Shown here: in pieces, positions 25,122-39,800 of the stretch
How the letters are laid out: each line of letters begins with the position of its first letter
Numbering within the stretch: the first letter of the stretch is position 1
Source: Prorocentrum cordatum
Lineage: Eukaryota
DNA: 64,000 nucleotides
Reading direction: 5' to 3'
Assembly: GCA_963575745.1 (NCBI GenBank)
Contig: CAUYUJ010000203.1
Coordinates: forward strand, 124,001 to 188,000
Translations under genes and position numbers: made by a program
The notes under the pieces: model-generated
What the model saw: the letters and a program-made list of their open reading frames with translations, nothing else
What the model was told of the DNA's origin: nothing
Database searches by the model: none

Positions 25122-28100
25122 TTCTCTCCACCCGATCGAGGTTCGACTCAACAGCAGGGCCTCGTGGTCCGCCCGCCTTTCTGTTCTCTCCTGCCTGGCC
25201 AGCGCCGCAGTGAGGCCGTGGCTGGCAGTGGCCCCCTCGCCCCTCCCCCTCTTACCAGCTGGAAGCATATCCCTATGCTTGGCATCAGCTTGCCTCGGTG
25301 CCAATCCTAAGGAGTCCCTTGGTTCCTGAAGGCACATTCCTAAGATCAACATTGCCCGGGATCATGTCGGGACCTCGGGGATAGGGGGTTCGTGCGAGGC
25401 CAGTTGCCCTTCACGGAGGCTCGATAACATGTGTGCACGGGACCCCGCCCGGGGTCGGCTGGGGCCAGGACGAGGATAAATCCGTCCCAGGGCGTTCCGG
25501 AACGCTCTCAGAGCGTTCCAGCACGCTCTCGGAAGGCCGCAGCGCCCGAGACCTCCTCCAGAGCCGCCCCATCCCTTCCTCCTCGTCCTTGCTTCGTCTC
25601 ACCCGTGGCCGCCCCTGGGGCAGGGTGCACCGGCCTTGCGGCCTGGCCCCGGGAGTCGCCCCGCCCCGAGCGTGCACCCCCCGCCAGGGGCCTCCCTCCG
25701 AGCCTGGCCTGGCCTGGTCTCGCAGGCCGGCTGGGGCAGGAGGCTGCCACGCCAAGAATCAGGAGGGAAAGAAACACACAGACAAAATTAATCGTCGATC
25801 CCCCAGAAAATATGGGAAAATATTGGAAGTGGGGGGGAAGACAAAAGCCCAGAAAATATAGGAAAATATGTGGGATATGTTTATTTGTGTGTATTTATTT
25901 TGTGTCCCAGGGCCCCTTCAAAGAAGCACCCTGCCTGCCTCCAGGGCGCCCTGCTGTTCGGAGGTGGCTGGGCCTCTTCTCCTGACTCGGAGGCGAGCGG
26001 GGGGGGGGGAAATGAGAAGGAGAAGGCCTTCTCAGAAGGCGGCGGGACTTCTCAGAAGGCATCCGGCCGTCTGAGGAGTTTTTGTCTGTCCTCGGGGAAG
26101 GCTTGGGAGACTCTTCAGAAGCCCCGGGAACTTCCGAGCCTTTTGAGAAGGCCTTCTCCTTCTCACTTCCCCCCTGAGCGCGCCGCCTACTGACACGTTG
26201 ATTTAGGAATCAGCCGCTTTCGGTTGGCGAGAGGGCGTCGCGGCCGTCATTCTTGCGGGTCCAGGTCCGTCGGTTTCGGTCCCAGGCCGTCTTCACTACA
26301 GGGAGGCTTACTGAAGGGAGGTCTGTCCACCGCCGAGTTGTTTTCATGGGAAGAGGGGTCCTGGAGGGGTTGTGCGGGATGTCTTGCGCGGTCTTGTGTT
26401 AGCTCCTTGTATTGGGTTCTGGGCGTCGTTTCGCGTTCTTTGCTTCGTTCTTGCCCTCCTGAGACCACCGTTTTTCGGTGAGCAGTGGACGCCGCCCACG
26501 CGGCCAGGAGGTCGTCTTGTGCGCGTGTTGTGCGCGACCACTCTTCGCTCGACCATTGTTTCTGTTCCAAGGTGTCGATTTCTTGGGTTCCGCTGGTTTT
26601 GCGATAGGAAGCTTGACGTCCCCACGCCGAAAATCACTGGAAGTCCTGGGCTCTCAGGGTCTGGTGTCTTGTGGAAGGCTTCCTGCTGCTGCATTTTTGG
26701 AGCTGTGCTTCCGAAGCCTCGTCGGAGCTCGTGCTGCCATCCTGCCCCCCCCCCCGCCGTGCGTCCCCCCGCTCCCCGCCTCCTCCGTCTTCCGCTTCCT
26801 GGGCCCCCCCCCCTCCTTCTTTTTCCTCGTCCTCCTCCTCCTCCACCTCCCTCCTCCTCCTCCTCCTCCTCCTCCTCCTTCCTCCTCCTCCTCCTCCTCC
26901 TCCTCCTCCTCCTCCTCCTCCCCCACCTCCTCCTCCTCCTCCTCCTCCTCCTCCTCCTCCTCCTCCTCCTCCTCCTTCTCCTCCCCCTCCTTCTTTTATC
27001 CAGCTGGAGGGCCTCCGCAGCCGTCGGCCGTCGCGCGACGCCCGCAGGGAATGGAGCCCAACTACATGCTCGAGCCCGAGCCGCAGCAGGCCGGAGCCGC
27101 GCGCCAGGGCAGGGGGCGGGCCTTTCCTGGGCGAGGGCGGGCGCAGAGGGAGGGCTCCGCCCGCCGAGGGGGGGGGGGGGGGCGGCGGAGGGGGAGCGGG
27201 AGGCGAGGAGAGGAGGGGGGGCAGGGAGGGGCAGGGATGAAGGGGGGGGGAGGGGTGAGAGGAGGAGAGGGGGCAGGGATGAGAATCAGGGGGAGGGCGA
27301 AGGGAGGACGAGGAGGACGAGGGCGCGGAGGGGGAGGCGATGAGAGAGGAACAGGAGAGGAGGGAGGGGCGATGAGGGGAGGGCGGGGGGAGAACGAGAA
27401 GGACGAGGGGGAGGAGGAGGGAGGAGGAGGCGTAGGAGCGTAGTCTGTTAGAGGATCCTCTCTTTCCTTCAGCGGACTGCGGAAGACGTACAGTGGAGGC
27501 CCGTGCCAAGAACCACACTGCTCGCCTCCAGGGTGCCCTGGGTTTCTTGTGTATCGATGGTCTTGCGACGGACAGCGTGACGTTCCCACACAAAAGCCAG
27601 TGGACGTCATGGGGTCTCAGGGTTAGGTTTCTTGTGGAAGGTTTCTTGTGGTCGGGCCCCTACTGTATCCGCAGTGTCCGTATCCACGGCCTCACGGGCT
27701 GGGACTCTGAGCCACGTTCCCGTGGGTGCGGGGCGCCTTTGTCGCGTATCCAAGCGACCGCGTATCCAAGGGATCGTGCCTGGAAATACAGACCGCGAGG
27801 ACGTGGACGTGGATTGTCGGATACGTTCGCCGCTCGTGAGGAGGAGGGGCGATGCATACCCACTCGCGTCGTGAACGTCGCAACTACACGTTGTTTGGGC
27901 AGTGTCCTGCTTCCCGCTTGATATGTTTCGGGGGGCCATGGCCGTCAAAACGACTCCGGCTTAAAAAGCGGGTCCTCGGAGGAGGGATGGATATTTCGGG
28001 GGGTCAAGGTGCGAGCGTCTGGGAGTGTCGCCATGAAGAAAATGGCCTGCCATGCAGCGATTTGTTTTACATGTGTTTCGGTCATTTTCGGCCTTCAGGT

Positions 28101-31100
28101 GGCGTCAACCAGGTGATGTCTTGCTCGCCTCTCCTTCCCCAGCTCCTGGCTCGTCCTGGTCCTGGGGTGTCGCTTCCTTCTCTGCCTTTCTGCTGCCGCT
28201 GATTTGTTGGGCCGTCCGCCGAGTGGGGCACGCACGACGAGATGCTTCAAGCCTTTCCTGTCCATGGAGCCGGCGAACGGTCGTGCACAGTGGAAGCCCA
28301 TGCCAAGAAACACCCCGCTTTCCTCCATCGTTCGGGCTGGACAAGAGGGGGGATTTGGAAAGGGGGGGGGTACGAAATCTGCTGCATGCAGCTGGTTTCG
28401 GCCCCACCGAGGGGCCCATTCATAGATACATAGCCGCCTCCGGCGCCGGGAGGCGCCAGGAAAATCCGCTACGTGAGCTGATTCTCAAATCCCCCTTTGC
28501 TATCCCCCCCTTGCGCCCGACCCGAAGGGTGTCCTGGACTTCTTTTGGGCCTCGATGGTTGTCGTGCCACCCCGTTTGCCAACGCACCTCGGACGTGCGC
28601 GGCTTCTCTCTCTCTCGTTCCCCCTCGCTCGGCTTCGGGAGGCCTCCCGGCGCCACGGCGGGGCTCCTCCCCTCGCAGCTTCCGGCCCGCGCGCACCCCG
28701 CGAAGCTCGGAGGGCACACAGCTGCACAGAGGCAGGAAGCTCTGGAGGCCCGCCCGGAGCTCTTTGGTCCACGCGGGAGTCCGAGGCGGGAATTCATACA
28801 TGGATCAATTTTCGGGGACCTCGACAGGCGGTGGATATGGATGTATTCGGGCCCCCAGGGGCCGAAATTTATCCCATATCCACCGCCCGCTGGGGCACCA
28901 GGACGTCGGTTCCCAGGCGGTGGACATGGATAAATCCCCGCCTCGCATGGATTCCCCTGGGTGGCGCCTCCGAGCGCCGATGTGAGAACTCCGCGCTGAC
29001 CTCCGCAAGTCTCTGCCTGCGGCGTTGTCGATGTCCTTTCGGGCCGCCATGATGAGAGATGGGTCCCTGCAGTCAACCCGCATGGGAAGGATGGGCAACC
29101 TTCCCAAGGGTACCCTTGCATCTCTGCCTCCTCGGTCCGCCCGTGGCCACTTTCGCGGGCCGCGCCCCGCTCGAGAAGCGCTTCGAAATGGGCGCCCGAG
29201 GCCCTTGCATCCTTACCGCGCATCCTTGTGATACGGGCCGACTGTAACAGCTCGGGCCATGGATACTTTTACTGCCGCCCTCGGGCCGCCTGGGCGGACC
29301 GGCTACCGGCTCTTCACGCCACGCAGCCAGCCGCTCGTTGTTTGACTGCGGATTATGCCGGTGCAGAGGGAGGGGTTCGGGGGGGGGGAGGGCAGGAGGA
29401 AGGGGGAAGACCAGCAGGCAGATTCTGGGGCGATCGCAAACAGGGGTCAGGGGGGCGTGGATTAGCGACGGGTTCCGTTTTCATGGGAAACCGTGGGTGT
29501 CCACCGCCGAGCGAGGCGGCACCGGCCGCAGTTTGGGGAGGCGCCAAACCCATGGGTCGTTCATCCCTGTTAGCGCGCCCCCGAAGACTCAGGTTGGGTC
29601 TTGAGCGCTCGACTGCGCCCCCCGACCTTCAGCGGGATCGGGGGCGGCGGGTTCAGACGTCGTCCCGTGGCCGAAGGCCCTAGCGGGCTGGCAGGAGGGA
29701 GGGGCGCGGAGTCGGTGGAGCAGGCAGGGGAGAACAGAAACCGGCATGACCACTAATTAATTGTTTAGAGCCCCGCGCGGATTCCTTGGATCGGCGCTGG
29801 TGGCCCAGCGGAGCGCGCCATGGGCGGCGCTGGAGGCGCCGCCAGGGGAGGGGGGGGGGCCCAGCGCAGACCCTAGAAATCCGCGCGGAGCTCCAAGAGG
29901 TGATGTTTCTCTAGCTTTTCGCTCCTCTGGGGAGAGGGAGGGGCTGGAAGGGCTCGGGGCTTCGCACGGTCAGGCCGCAGCCGGGCTGGCCTCCGCAGGC
30001 CGTCGCCTCCAGCGGCGCGCCCGTGGCGTGGAGCGCCTGCTCTGGGAGCTGTCTGTGCCAGGTGGATCGAAGAAAAAAGACACGTCATAAGTTACGACGT
30101 TTTTTTTTCGATCCTCCTACCATGGTTATGGCTCTGGTGATGACTCATAGCCATAAGCTGTCGGCGCTCCGCGCGGATTTCTTGGAGCGGCCCTGCCAGC
30201 CCAAGAAATCCGCGCTGAGTTCCGAGGATTTGCGTCTACGATGTTCCGCTGGGCAACCCCCAGATGGGGTCTGAGCAGATCCGGTCGGGGAGTCGCGCCG
30301 TAACGCCGATACATCGGCGATGTGGGCTCGATGTAGAGTCGGATTTTCTCCGCGCCGACGTCACCGACGCATCTCCGATGCTTCGCCGATGCGTTGGCTG
30401 TGCGGCGCGATCTTCCGACCTCATCGACTCGGACCCCATGGGGGAGTCCAGTCCTCGTCCTCGTCTTCCCCCCTTTCCCAAACTCGTTATCCTACCCCTC
30501 CCTCCTCGTCCTCCATGTCCAGTCCACCTCCTCATGGTCGTTGTCCCCCTCCTCTCTGCTCCCCTCTGCTCCCTCCTCCTCCTCCTCTGCTCCTCCTCCT
30601 CCTCCTCCTCCTCCTCCTCGTGGTCCCTCCTCCTCCTTCCCCTCTGCTCCCCTCCTTCTCTTGCTCCTCTCTCTCCTGCTCGGTCTCTCCAGCTTGTGGC
30701 TCTTCCGTGCACGCGACGGCGGCCGCGGCCGCGCCGAAGGCGTTCTTCCCGTACGACACGCAGTACCTGAACACGAGCACGCGGGCGGCCCGCGCGCGAG
30801 GAGGATCGGGATGAGAAGTTGGAGGAGGAGGAGGAGGAGGCGGAGGAGGAGGAGGAGGAGGAGGAGCACGAGGAGGAGGAGGCACGAGGAGGAGGAGGAG
30901 GAGGAGGAGAGGAGGAGGAGGAGGAGAGGAGGAGGAGGAGGAGGAGGGAGGAGGAGGAGGAGGAGGAGGAGGAGGAGGAGGAGGAGGAGGAGCAGAACGA
31001 GGAGCGTTTGGAGGGGAAGTGAGTGGGATGAGCACGATGAGAAGAAGGAGGAGGAGGAGGAGGAAGGAGGAGGAGGGTCAGCGGGGCCCTGAAAGGTGCG

Positions 31101-34100
31101 TGCGGGGGGGAGGGGGAGGGGGTCGACGGCTGCACCTTCTTGGAGGGCACAGGCCGCCAGCGTCAGCGTCGGCAGGAGGAGGAGGAGGAGGAAGGAGGAG
31201 AGGAGGAGGAGGAGGAGGAGGAGAGGAGGAGGAGGAGGAGGAGGGGATGATGAGGAGGAGGGGGGGAGGAGGAGGAGGAGGAGGAGGAGGGAGGAGGAGG
31301 AGGAGGAGGCGGAGGAGGAGGAGGAGGAGGAGGAGGAGGAGGAGGGGGGGTAGCATGAGCACCGCGTCGCCGGGTAGGGAGGTTCTGAGCCCTACCCCCC
31401 CCCCGCCTCCATCCCTCTTCGCTCTCCGCTCTCCTCCTCTATTGAGCCCCCTCCGCCCCTGCTGCTCTCCGAGGCCCTGTCACGCGGGCACGCAGCGCAA
31501 CCGAGTCGGCGCACCCCCCTCCTGGATGCAGCCGCTGCTTGGAGCCCGGCCACCCAGCACCCGTCGTATACCCCTTCTCCTCCTGGCTTCCTCTCCCGCG
31601 GCCGCCGCCCGCGTGGTTGGCGCAAGGGTGACTCTTGGCTCGGTGGTGCAAAGATGGGGTCCCGAGGGACGGGGTGCTAAGGACAGGACGGGATCCAAGG
31701 GTGGATCTTATTATACACTGTTCGAGGCACCTTGTCCTCAGGATCCCATCGCCCGGGACCCAGTCCTTGAACCACCGAATGGCGTGGGGAGGAGGTGCGG
31801 CGAGGAAACATCTGCACGAGCATCAACTTTTGGCGCCCCGCGCGGATTCCTTGGGTCTGCGCTGCCGCCCCCCCCCCCCTCTCGCGTCGCGCTCCGCAAG
31901 CTCGGGTCTGTGCGGACTCCGAGGACGCCCTCGAGGGCGCGCAAGTTATTCGCGCTCCGCGCCGCGACGCGCGCAGTTGGGAGCCCTTGTGACTCTCTCT
32001 TCATCCGCCGGAAGTTGCGGCTCGCGGCGGTCTTTGGACCTGGCGCCCGGTCACGTGGGCCATTCTTGGGGCGGGTGCGCGTCCTCTGGTCCCTTCATCC
32101 TTCACTCCCCCCCTCCTCGAGCAGAGAGAGAGAGAGAGAGAGAACAAGAAGAACGAGAGAGAGAGGGAGAGGGAGTCATCATCGTTTGACCGATCCCTAG
32201 CCCCATGCCCATCCCGATCTCCACCACTCCACCACCCCAGTTGGGGATAGCCCAGATCCCCATCTAGGGGGTAGATCGCCCAGTGTGGCCCGGGCCACGC
32301 CGGTGGGAATGGGGATCGGTGGGAACGATACCCAGAGCGAGAGAGAGAGAGAGAGACCCATATATCCCATCCGGCTGCTCCAACTTCTTCGATTCGTGGG
32401 CACCAGAGGTCTGGGGCGAGTTCTGCACCCCGAGAGTCCCTTCTCTGACGGCCCCGAGGCCCGGCGAGGGCCGCTGCCAGCCGAGCACGGCCCAAAACCT
32501 GCCGCTCCAGCGCTTCCGGAGCGTCGGGACTAAGGGGTGGCAGAGGCATCTCGGCTTGAGTCGTGCACGTCCCTCTACAGGAGGAATATTCAAAAACAGT
32601 TTAAAAAAATCGCATGGGGACCATTTTTTTCGTTTGTTGACTTTTTGTGTATGTTTCTGACCTATTACATGGTTCGTCCAGAATCCGCCTGTAGGGGGCC
32701 ATGCCCGACCTAAATATCGGCGGGTGCGGGCCGCGGCGAGGTGTTCCTGAAAGCGCACACCTCCCAGGCGGACCTCAGGGCGCAGCTCCGCGAGCTCGAG
32801 GACCAGGCCCCCCCCCCGCGGGCCCGCGATGGCCGCGACATCTCCCCCCCCCCTCCCACGATGGGGTCGACGACGGCTGTGTGGGGGGAAGGAGGAGCGA
32901 CACCAACACCACTAGGGGACCAACTCCGGCGAGGAGATCCACGATGCCTCGCCGAGCTGGGGAGAAGGGATGTCCCGAGCGAGAGGGGGGACCACACCAC
33001 CAGGGGAACCCCTCCTTAGCTCCTCCCGCTGGTGGTCCCTGGTGGTGTTGGTGTCTGTTTCCCATGTTCCTACTGTGGTGCTGAGGATTCGACTCGGAGA
33101 TCGACTACAGACCGTAGACACGCTAACGGCGATGTAGGCAGCGGCGATGTAGACTTCGGCATCGTAGGTGGGGGTGGTTCGTGGCCGACCCTGTCGTAGG
33201 GAAGCGTGGTCGTGGTCTCCTACAACTCTCCGGGTCGTCGTTGCTCGATACCTTTGCGTGTTTGAGCGTAGGAAGGTGTGGTTCGTGATTTTCTTCAACT
33301 TGTTCTGCGCGAGTCCGGCGTCGCAAAAAACATGTTCCCAACATCGCCGTTAACCAACATCGCCGTTAGCCTGACATTGGATGAACAATTGTTCGTCGAA
33401 TCGAGACGAAATACGTAGATGGAATGTCCGCACATCAATCTCTACAAGCATTCTACGTATTTTGGCACGGGTTCGACGAACAACAGTGTTAGGTTACATC
33501 GATTCTGTAGTCGACCTCCCAGTCGAAGGAGCATGACGATGATCCGAAAAACAGAAACGGAACAAACATACTTTCTTGGAGGTCCGCGCGGATTGCTTGG
33601 ATCGGCGCTGGGTCTTCCTGGCGGCGCCTCTGGCGCCGACGATTGCACGCTCCGCGCGCCAGGGACGGAAGGTTTGGCGCAGATCCAAGGAATCCGCGCG
33701 AACCTCCGAAAGTTCATTTCCCAATCACAGCGCTCGTATTGAAGGGTCCCAGCGGAGGTTGAAAGAGGCGGCACCGATTCTGGTGGGCGGCCAGAGTTCC
33801 GGATGGTCCAAGGTTCTCGGGGTCCCGTGCCCGGTATCCGTGCCGAGTTCGGTGGGCGCGACTTGCAGGTTCTCGGGCTCTTTGTTCCGAGTGTCTTGGT
33901 GCGGCCAAGGACCCAGGTCTTTGCGGTCATGCCCACAATTTTTTGTACATAGTACATCGTGAAGTGCAAGTCAGTACACCAGAGAGAAGCCCCAATCAGT
34001 GGATGGTTTGAAAATCAGTGGCATGGATATTGAGATCTTCAGTGACATCGATCGTGAGATCGACAGTCGGATCGATAGTAATGACGATAGTAAGGTCGAT

Positions 34101-36864
34101 CGTGAGACCGATAGTGAAGTCGATTCAATGAGATCGATGGTGAGATCGATCGTGAGATCACTCGTACAATTTATAGTGATATTAGTTGGGATATCGATGG
34201 AGAGTTCGATCGTAAGGTCGATAGTTAGATCGATTGAGAGGTGGGTCATGAGATCGATGGTGAGACCGATCGATAAGGAGATCGACCAGGAGCCCGGAAA
34301 CCCGGGAGCCCCATTGACCACCGAAATCGGCCCAGAACCAGCAACCGTGGGAACCGGGGAACCCGGATCCGGGAACCCGGGAACCCCACCGCACACCGAA
34401 ATCGGCCCGTTCTTTTTTGTTTTTGCAAAACCCCGTCAGTACACGCAATTGATTGGGGAATATCGCAGAGAGCATAGCTGGGATATAGCATTGAGCATCC
34501 GGTATTTGCACACATGCGCGTATAAATATCTATGTGTATGTATAGATCTAGAATGGCTTTCGGCCAATCCCGCCGCCGTGCATGGGTTGTTGTGGTCATA
34601 CAGGCCGCTAGGATGTTCGTTGGGATATCGCGGGAGGCCTCTCGGGAGCTTATTGGGGGCCGTGTGGGGACCTCTTGGGGGGCATGTTTGGTTGTTTGCG
34701 GGTTTCGTGGGGGGTTCTTCGGGCCTCTTGGGGTGCCTCTTGGCGTCGCCTCACGCGTCTTGACGGATGCATGGTCAGTGGTGGCAGTGGGTGGTGGTTT
34801 GCCTTTTTTGGCTCTTCTTGAGGCTGTCCTGAGCGCCTTTGGGGCCGTCTTGGAGCCCTCTTGCCCTCTTGCGCCGTCCAGGGGCCCTCGGGGGGGTCTT
34901 GGGCAGTCTTGGGGCGGTCTTGGGGGCCTCTTGGGTCATGGAGCGTTCGAAGCTCGAACAGTCTAGGGCCCCCCAAATCCTGAACAACCTAAGGAAACAT
35001 ACTGACTTTGAACTGTCGGGGCCATCTTGTTGCGGCTCTTGGAGGCCTCTTGCGACGTCTTGGGCGTTTTCGGCCGACTCGAGATCATTTTGTGCGTCTT
35101 GGACCGATCGTGACTGATACGGGGCCCTCTTGGACCGTCGTGGGGCCCTCTTGGGCTGGCTACGCTACCCGGGGACGCACGCGACACACTCTGGGAGCCC
35201 CCCGTAATCCATTGAACTCCCCGGGAATCCTAGTGAAACCAGTAGGCAAAACTTTTTATTCGACGGGCTGCAGGAGCCTTCGAGCATTCCAACACGTGCT
35301 GAGGGCACGGTGGCGGACACATGAAAGCCAGCGTGGACCCTGGACCGCGTGTTTCTAGCAACCTGTGTGGTGCAATCGATGTGGAGCAATCCATGTGAGG
35401 CAATGTGCAGTCGGTCCTGCTAAGTCGTTCCAGGTGTTCTGGCGCTGGCGCCTCGACAGGAATTCGTATCTTCAGAAAGTGTAGAACAGTCGCCACACAA
35501 GAGTCCCGATTTTTCGTATCGCCGCAGCGACGCCCAGATTTGTTTGTTATGGAGTGGTGCTCTCATTTCAGCTCCAGCCACGTCCGTAAGTGATGACGGT
35601 TCTCCAGCTTGGGCGTTGCCCTTGCTGTCCCAACAGAGCTCGCGCCTGCGGAGGGACTTGAAGCGGCGCCTGCGGCCGTTCCGGAAATAGCGCAGGAGCG
35701 TGGCGTTTCTCCATAACATTGTGGCATAGCCACTGAAAGAGTTATCAGGGTGCTAGAGAAGAAGCCGGTAGGATCGGCTAGGCTATATTTTTTTCTGCGG
35801 TTACTGGCCAGGGAAGGGAGCGGCGCAGCGTCTTGCCCGAGTCAGCATGTCCCGGCTTCTGACTCGTGCCCACTACGTGGGCCGCAAGCGTTTGCGCAGC
35901 TCCTCGCGCTCCGTGAGCTCGGGCGCAGCTCTTAGGGAGTGCCTAGGCAGTTCGAGGCAGCGCTATACTTCAGGCCTCGGGCCCATGGCCCACATACAAC
36001 AAACAGCGTCAAGGAGAGAAGGGACAGGAGAGAGTCAGGCACACAGTTCCAGCACAGCTCTTTGAGGGAGCTGGTAGGGTTTGAGAGCGAAAGTCAGCAG
36101 GCTGAGCTAGGCCAGTTTCCTCCCTCCAGCCGCTGGTGAGGGAGCGCCGCAGCGATCTGCTTGATCTCGCAGCGTGTCCCGCGACCACTTTCTTGCGCAT
36201 TTCCACCACGTGGGCCGCAAGCGTTTGCGCAGATCCTTCGCACCGCTTCCTGCACTCGCGCGGAAGCCTTTGGCAGTTCTTAGGCAGCGCTTCCCAGGCC
36301 CGTGGGTTGCAAACAAACAGTGTGATGGGGGAAAGAGAGAGAGAGAGAGAGAGCAACAAAACAAAGAAAGAGAGAGAGAGAGAGAGTGAGAGAGAGAATC
36401 GGGCATAAAGTTCCGGGATAGCCCGAGGAGGTTGATAAGGGGTTATCGACAGGTGGCGGTCCGAATTTGGTTAATTTCTTCCTTGCAGCCGCAGCGTGTC
36501 CCGCAAGCGCTTTCCTAGTCAGTCCCAAAACGTGGGACGCAAGCGTTTGCGAAGCTCCTTCGCAGCTCTTCCTGCACTCTCGCGAAGGTCCCAGGCAGCT
36601 CCTAGGCAACGCTTCCCATGCCCGCGGGTCGCAAACACAGTGTGATGGCGGGTAGGGTAAAAAGAGGGAGAGAGAGAGAGAGAGAGACAGGGACAGAGAG
36701 AGGGCTGGCCGATGTTGAGCCTCGTGCCCAGCATCTGGCCATAATAGTTCACAAATGTGGTTGAGGCCTTGCTTTGACCCCGCACCATAATCACCACCAT
36801 CAGCATCAGCCCCATGAACTCCTCGCTGTACAGCGCACGATTCAGCCACAGTCGCCACCACTAA

Positions 36865-36896
<32 letters not shown>

Positions 36897-39800
36897 GCAT
36901 CATCATCATCAGCATCATCAGCATCAGCATCAGCATCAGCATCAGCATCAGCATCAGCATCGTCATCAACATCATCATCGTCGGCATCACTATCATCATA
37001 GTAATCACCATCGTCATCATCAGCATCGTCATCATCATCATAATCATCATCATCGTCATCATGATTATCATTCTCAGTATCATCATCATCAGCAGCAGCA
37101 GCAGCAGCATCATCATGATTAGTATGTTTGCCAGCAAGAGCAGCAATGAAACACCACCAGCATCACCCTGCCGCCTCTCCGTGCCCGCCGCACCCCACCG
37201 CTGCGCGGGCGCTGCTAGTCCGCGCCCACCCGCGGCCAGGTCTGGCTGTCGCCGCACACGGCGAAGGCGTGGCCCCCGATCCTCCCCGACTCCTGGGTTG
37301 GGAGCCGCACGTGCCACACCGCCCTGGGGGGCCGATGGGCCACCACGGGCGAGGAGGACCCGGGGCCAAGCGCTGCCCACGCCCTCTGCTCCCTGGGGCC
37401 CTGGCAGACCCGCTCTCCAGGCACGTGTGTATGTGAGTGCATCGAATATTTCGATGTCTGTCCATATATATCTATATATACATATATAAATATGTGGTCG
37501 ACCCCCGCCCCCAGCACCCCCAGACCACCCAAACACAAACGAAGCACACATGTGCATCTTCACACACACACACACACACGCTGTGTATGTAAGATGCCGG
37601 AGTAACTTAGCCCCGGGCTGGGACACCTTGCCGGATGATCTTCCCCTTGACTCTCCCCCCAAACACCTACCGGGGAGCGCGGATAGTCGACGAGATCGAC
37701 GCAATAGGGTCCGAGACGCCAAACGATGTACGAATAGCCGCCGAGAGGCTCCCATCACGCCCCAAGAAGGCTCCAATGTGGTCTACAAGAGGGCCCAGGA
37801 TGGCCAAAGTTCCTCCTATCGTTCAGCAAACGTATGTTTGGAGCAGATCCCCTTCTCAGCTCTTCGCAGCGTCCACGGCGGCCGAAGAGGCTACCAAGAT
37901 CGCCCCAAGACGGCCCAAAAGGCCCCAAGAAAGCCCAGAGTCGCCCAAGAGAGCGGTCCAAGAGGCTTCCAAGCAAGTAGGCTCAAGATTTCCCCAGCAA
38001 GGGGCTTAAGGCGGGGAGCTCCAGCTCACATGTCGAGACCTATGCCCCAAGTTGACCCCCCACACCGCCAGCAGGCCCCCAGCCCAAAAAAGGCCACAGG
38101 AGACCCCCAAACAGCCTCCAAGAGGCCACAATAGGCTTCAAAGCAAAACTGGACTCCCAGAGGCGCCCGCCTGGCAGATATCCCCGAAACCCTGACCGGG
38201 AACCCAGGCACGGTGGCGGCCTGAGCCGAAAGCCAGTAGATCCGCCGCCCCCTGTCGCTTGCAGGAGGGGTGCCTGGCGTGCTGAATCCTCTCGGTTTGG
38301 GTTTTGGTTTTTTTTCTAAATGAACTCCCCCTGGGGCTTCGGCGCGTCCCGCCGTCCACCCGAAAGGATTGCCCAGACCCTTCGGAGGTGGTTGCCGAGG
38401 GTTTTCCTGCTCCAGATGGACGACGGCCCAAGATGGCCTCCAAGACGGCTAAGATGACCCCAAGATGCCTCCAAGACGGCCCAAGATGCACCCAAGACGG
38501 CCTGAGATAGCCTCAAGATGGCCCAAGACGGCCGGAGAGGCCCCCGAGAGGCCTCCAAGACAGCCCAAGAGGCCTCCAAGAGTCCTCCAGAAGGGGCCAA
38601 GAGGCATTTGTTTTTAGGTTTTTCGAAGGACTTTGGCATTTGCTTCATTTCGGCCTCCCGACGGCTCAAGAGGGCCCAAAGGCCCCCACGATTGTCCTAA
38701 GATCGCCCACGAGGCCTCCAAGATGGCCCGATGACGGCCTAAGAGGCCCCCAAGACTGCCCCAAGAGGGCCCCAAGACGGCCCAAGAGGCCTCCAAGACG
38801 CCCAAGATGGCCTCCAAGACGGCTAAGATGGCCCCAAGATGCCTCCAACACGGCCCAAGGTGCACCCAAGACGGCCTGAGATAGCCTCCAGATGGCCTAA
38901 GACGGCCCAAGAGGCCTCCAAGACGGCCCAAGAGGCCTCCAAGAGGTTTTCCAGGAGGGCACGAAGAGGCCAAAATCATTGATTTTCTTAAGGTTTTTGA
39001 AGGATCGTGGCATTTGCTTCTTTTCGCCATTCCGACGGCTCAAGACGGCCCAAGAGGCTCTCAATATCGCCCACGAGGCCCCCAAGATGGCACCATGACG
39101 GCCCAAGAGGCCCCCAAGACGGACCCAAGAGGGCCCAAGGAGCCTCCAAGACGGCCAAAATGGCCTCCAAGACGGCTCAGATGGCCCCAAGATGCCTCCA
39201 GGACGGCCCAAGATGCACCCAAGACGACCGAAGATGGCCGCAAGATTGCCCAAGACGGCCCAAGAGGCCCCCAAGAGGCCTCCAAGGCGGCCCCAAAGGC
39301 GTTCAGGAGGTTTTCCAGGAGGGCCCCAAAGGCGTTCAGGAGGTTTTCCAGGAGGTTTTTCAGGGTCCAGGTTCCAAGAGGCCAACATCATATATTTTCC
39401 TCAGGTTTTCGAAAGATTTTGGCGTTTGTTTTTTCTCGGCATTCAGACGGCTCAAGACGGCGCAAGAGGCCCCCAAGATCGCCCAAGAGGCCTCCAAGAT
39501 GGCCCCATGACGGCCCAAAAGGCTCCCCAGACGGCCCCAGGAGGTCGCCCAAGAGGCCTCCAAGACGCCCAAGATTGCCTCTAATAACCCCTGATATGCT
39601 CCAAAAGGGCCCCAATACGACCCAGACAGGCCCCCAAGACGGCTTCCGACGGCGTTAGACAAGCCAGGAACGCCCTAAGACGGCCCAATAGGCCCCCAGC
39701 CCAAGAGGCCTCCTCCTCTTCTTTTTTCCTCATCCTCCCCCTCCTCCTCTTCTTGCTCCCCCATACGTTCCCCGAAGTCTTTCCAAACCGACTCGGGTAA

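Noticed and set aside
29250..30061. Exon-like pieces at ~29251-29326 and ~29999-30061 as extra channel exons
   Set aside because: Exons c and d already join in frame and these peptides add no recognisable motif; they cannot be excluded without RNA data
38206..38220. GGCACGGTGGC, Alu-like A box
   Set aside because: Only an 11-mer, with no further 7SL/Alu similarity
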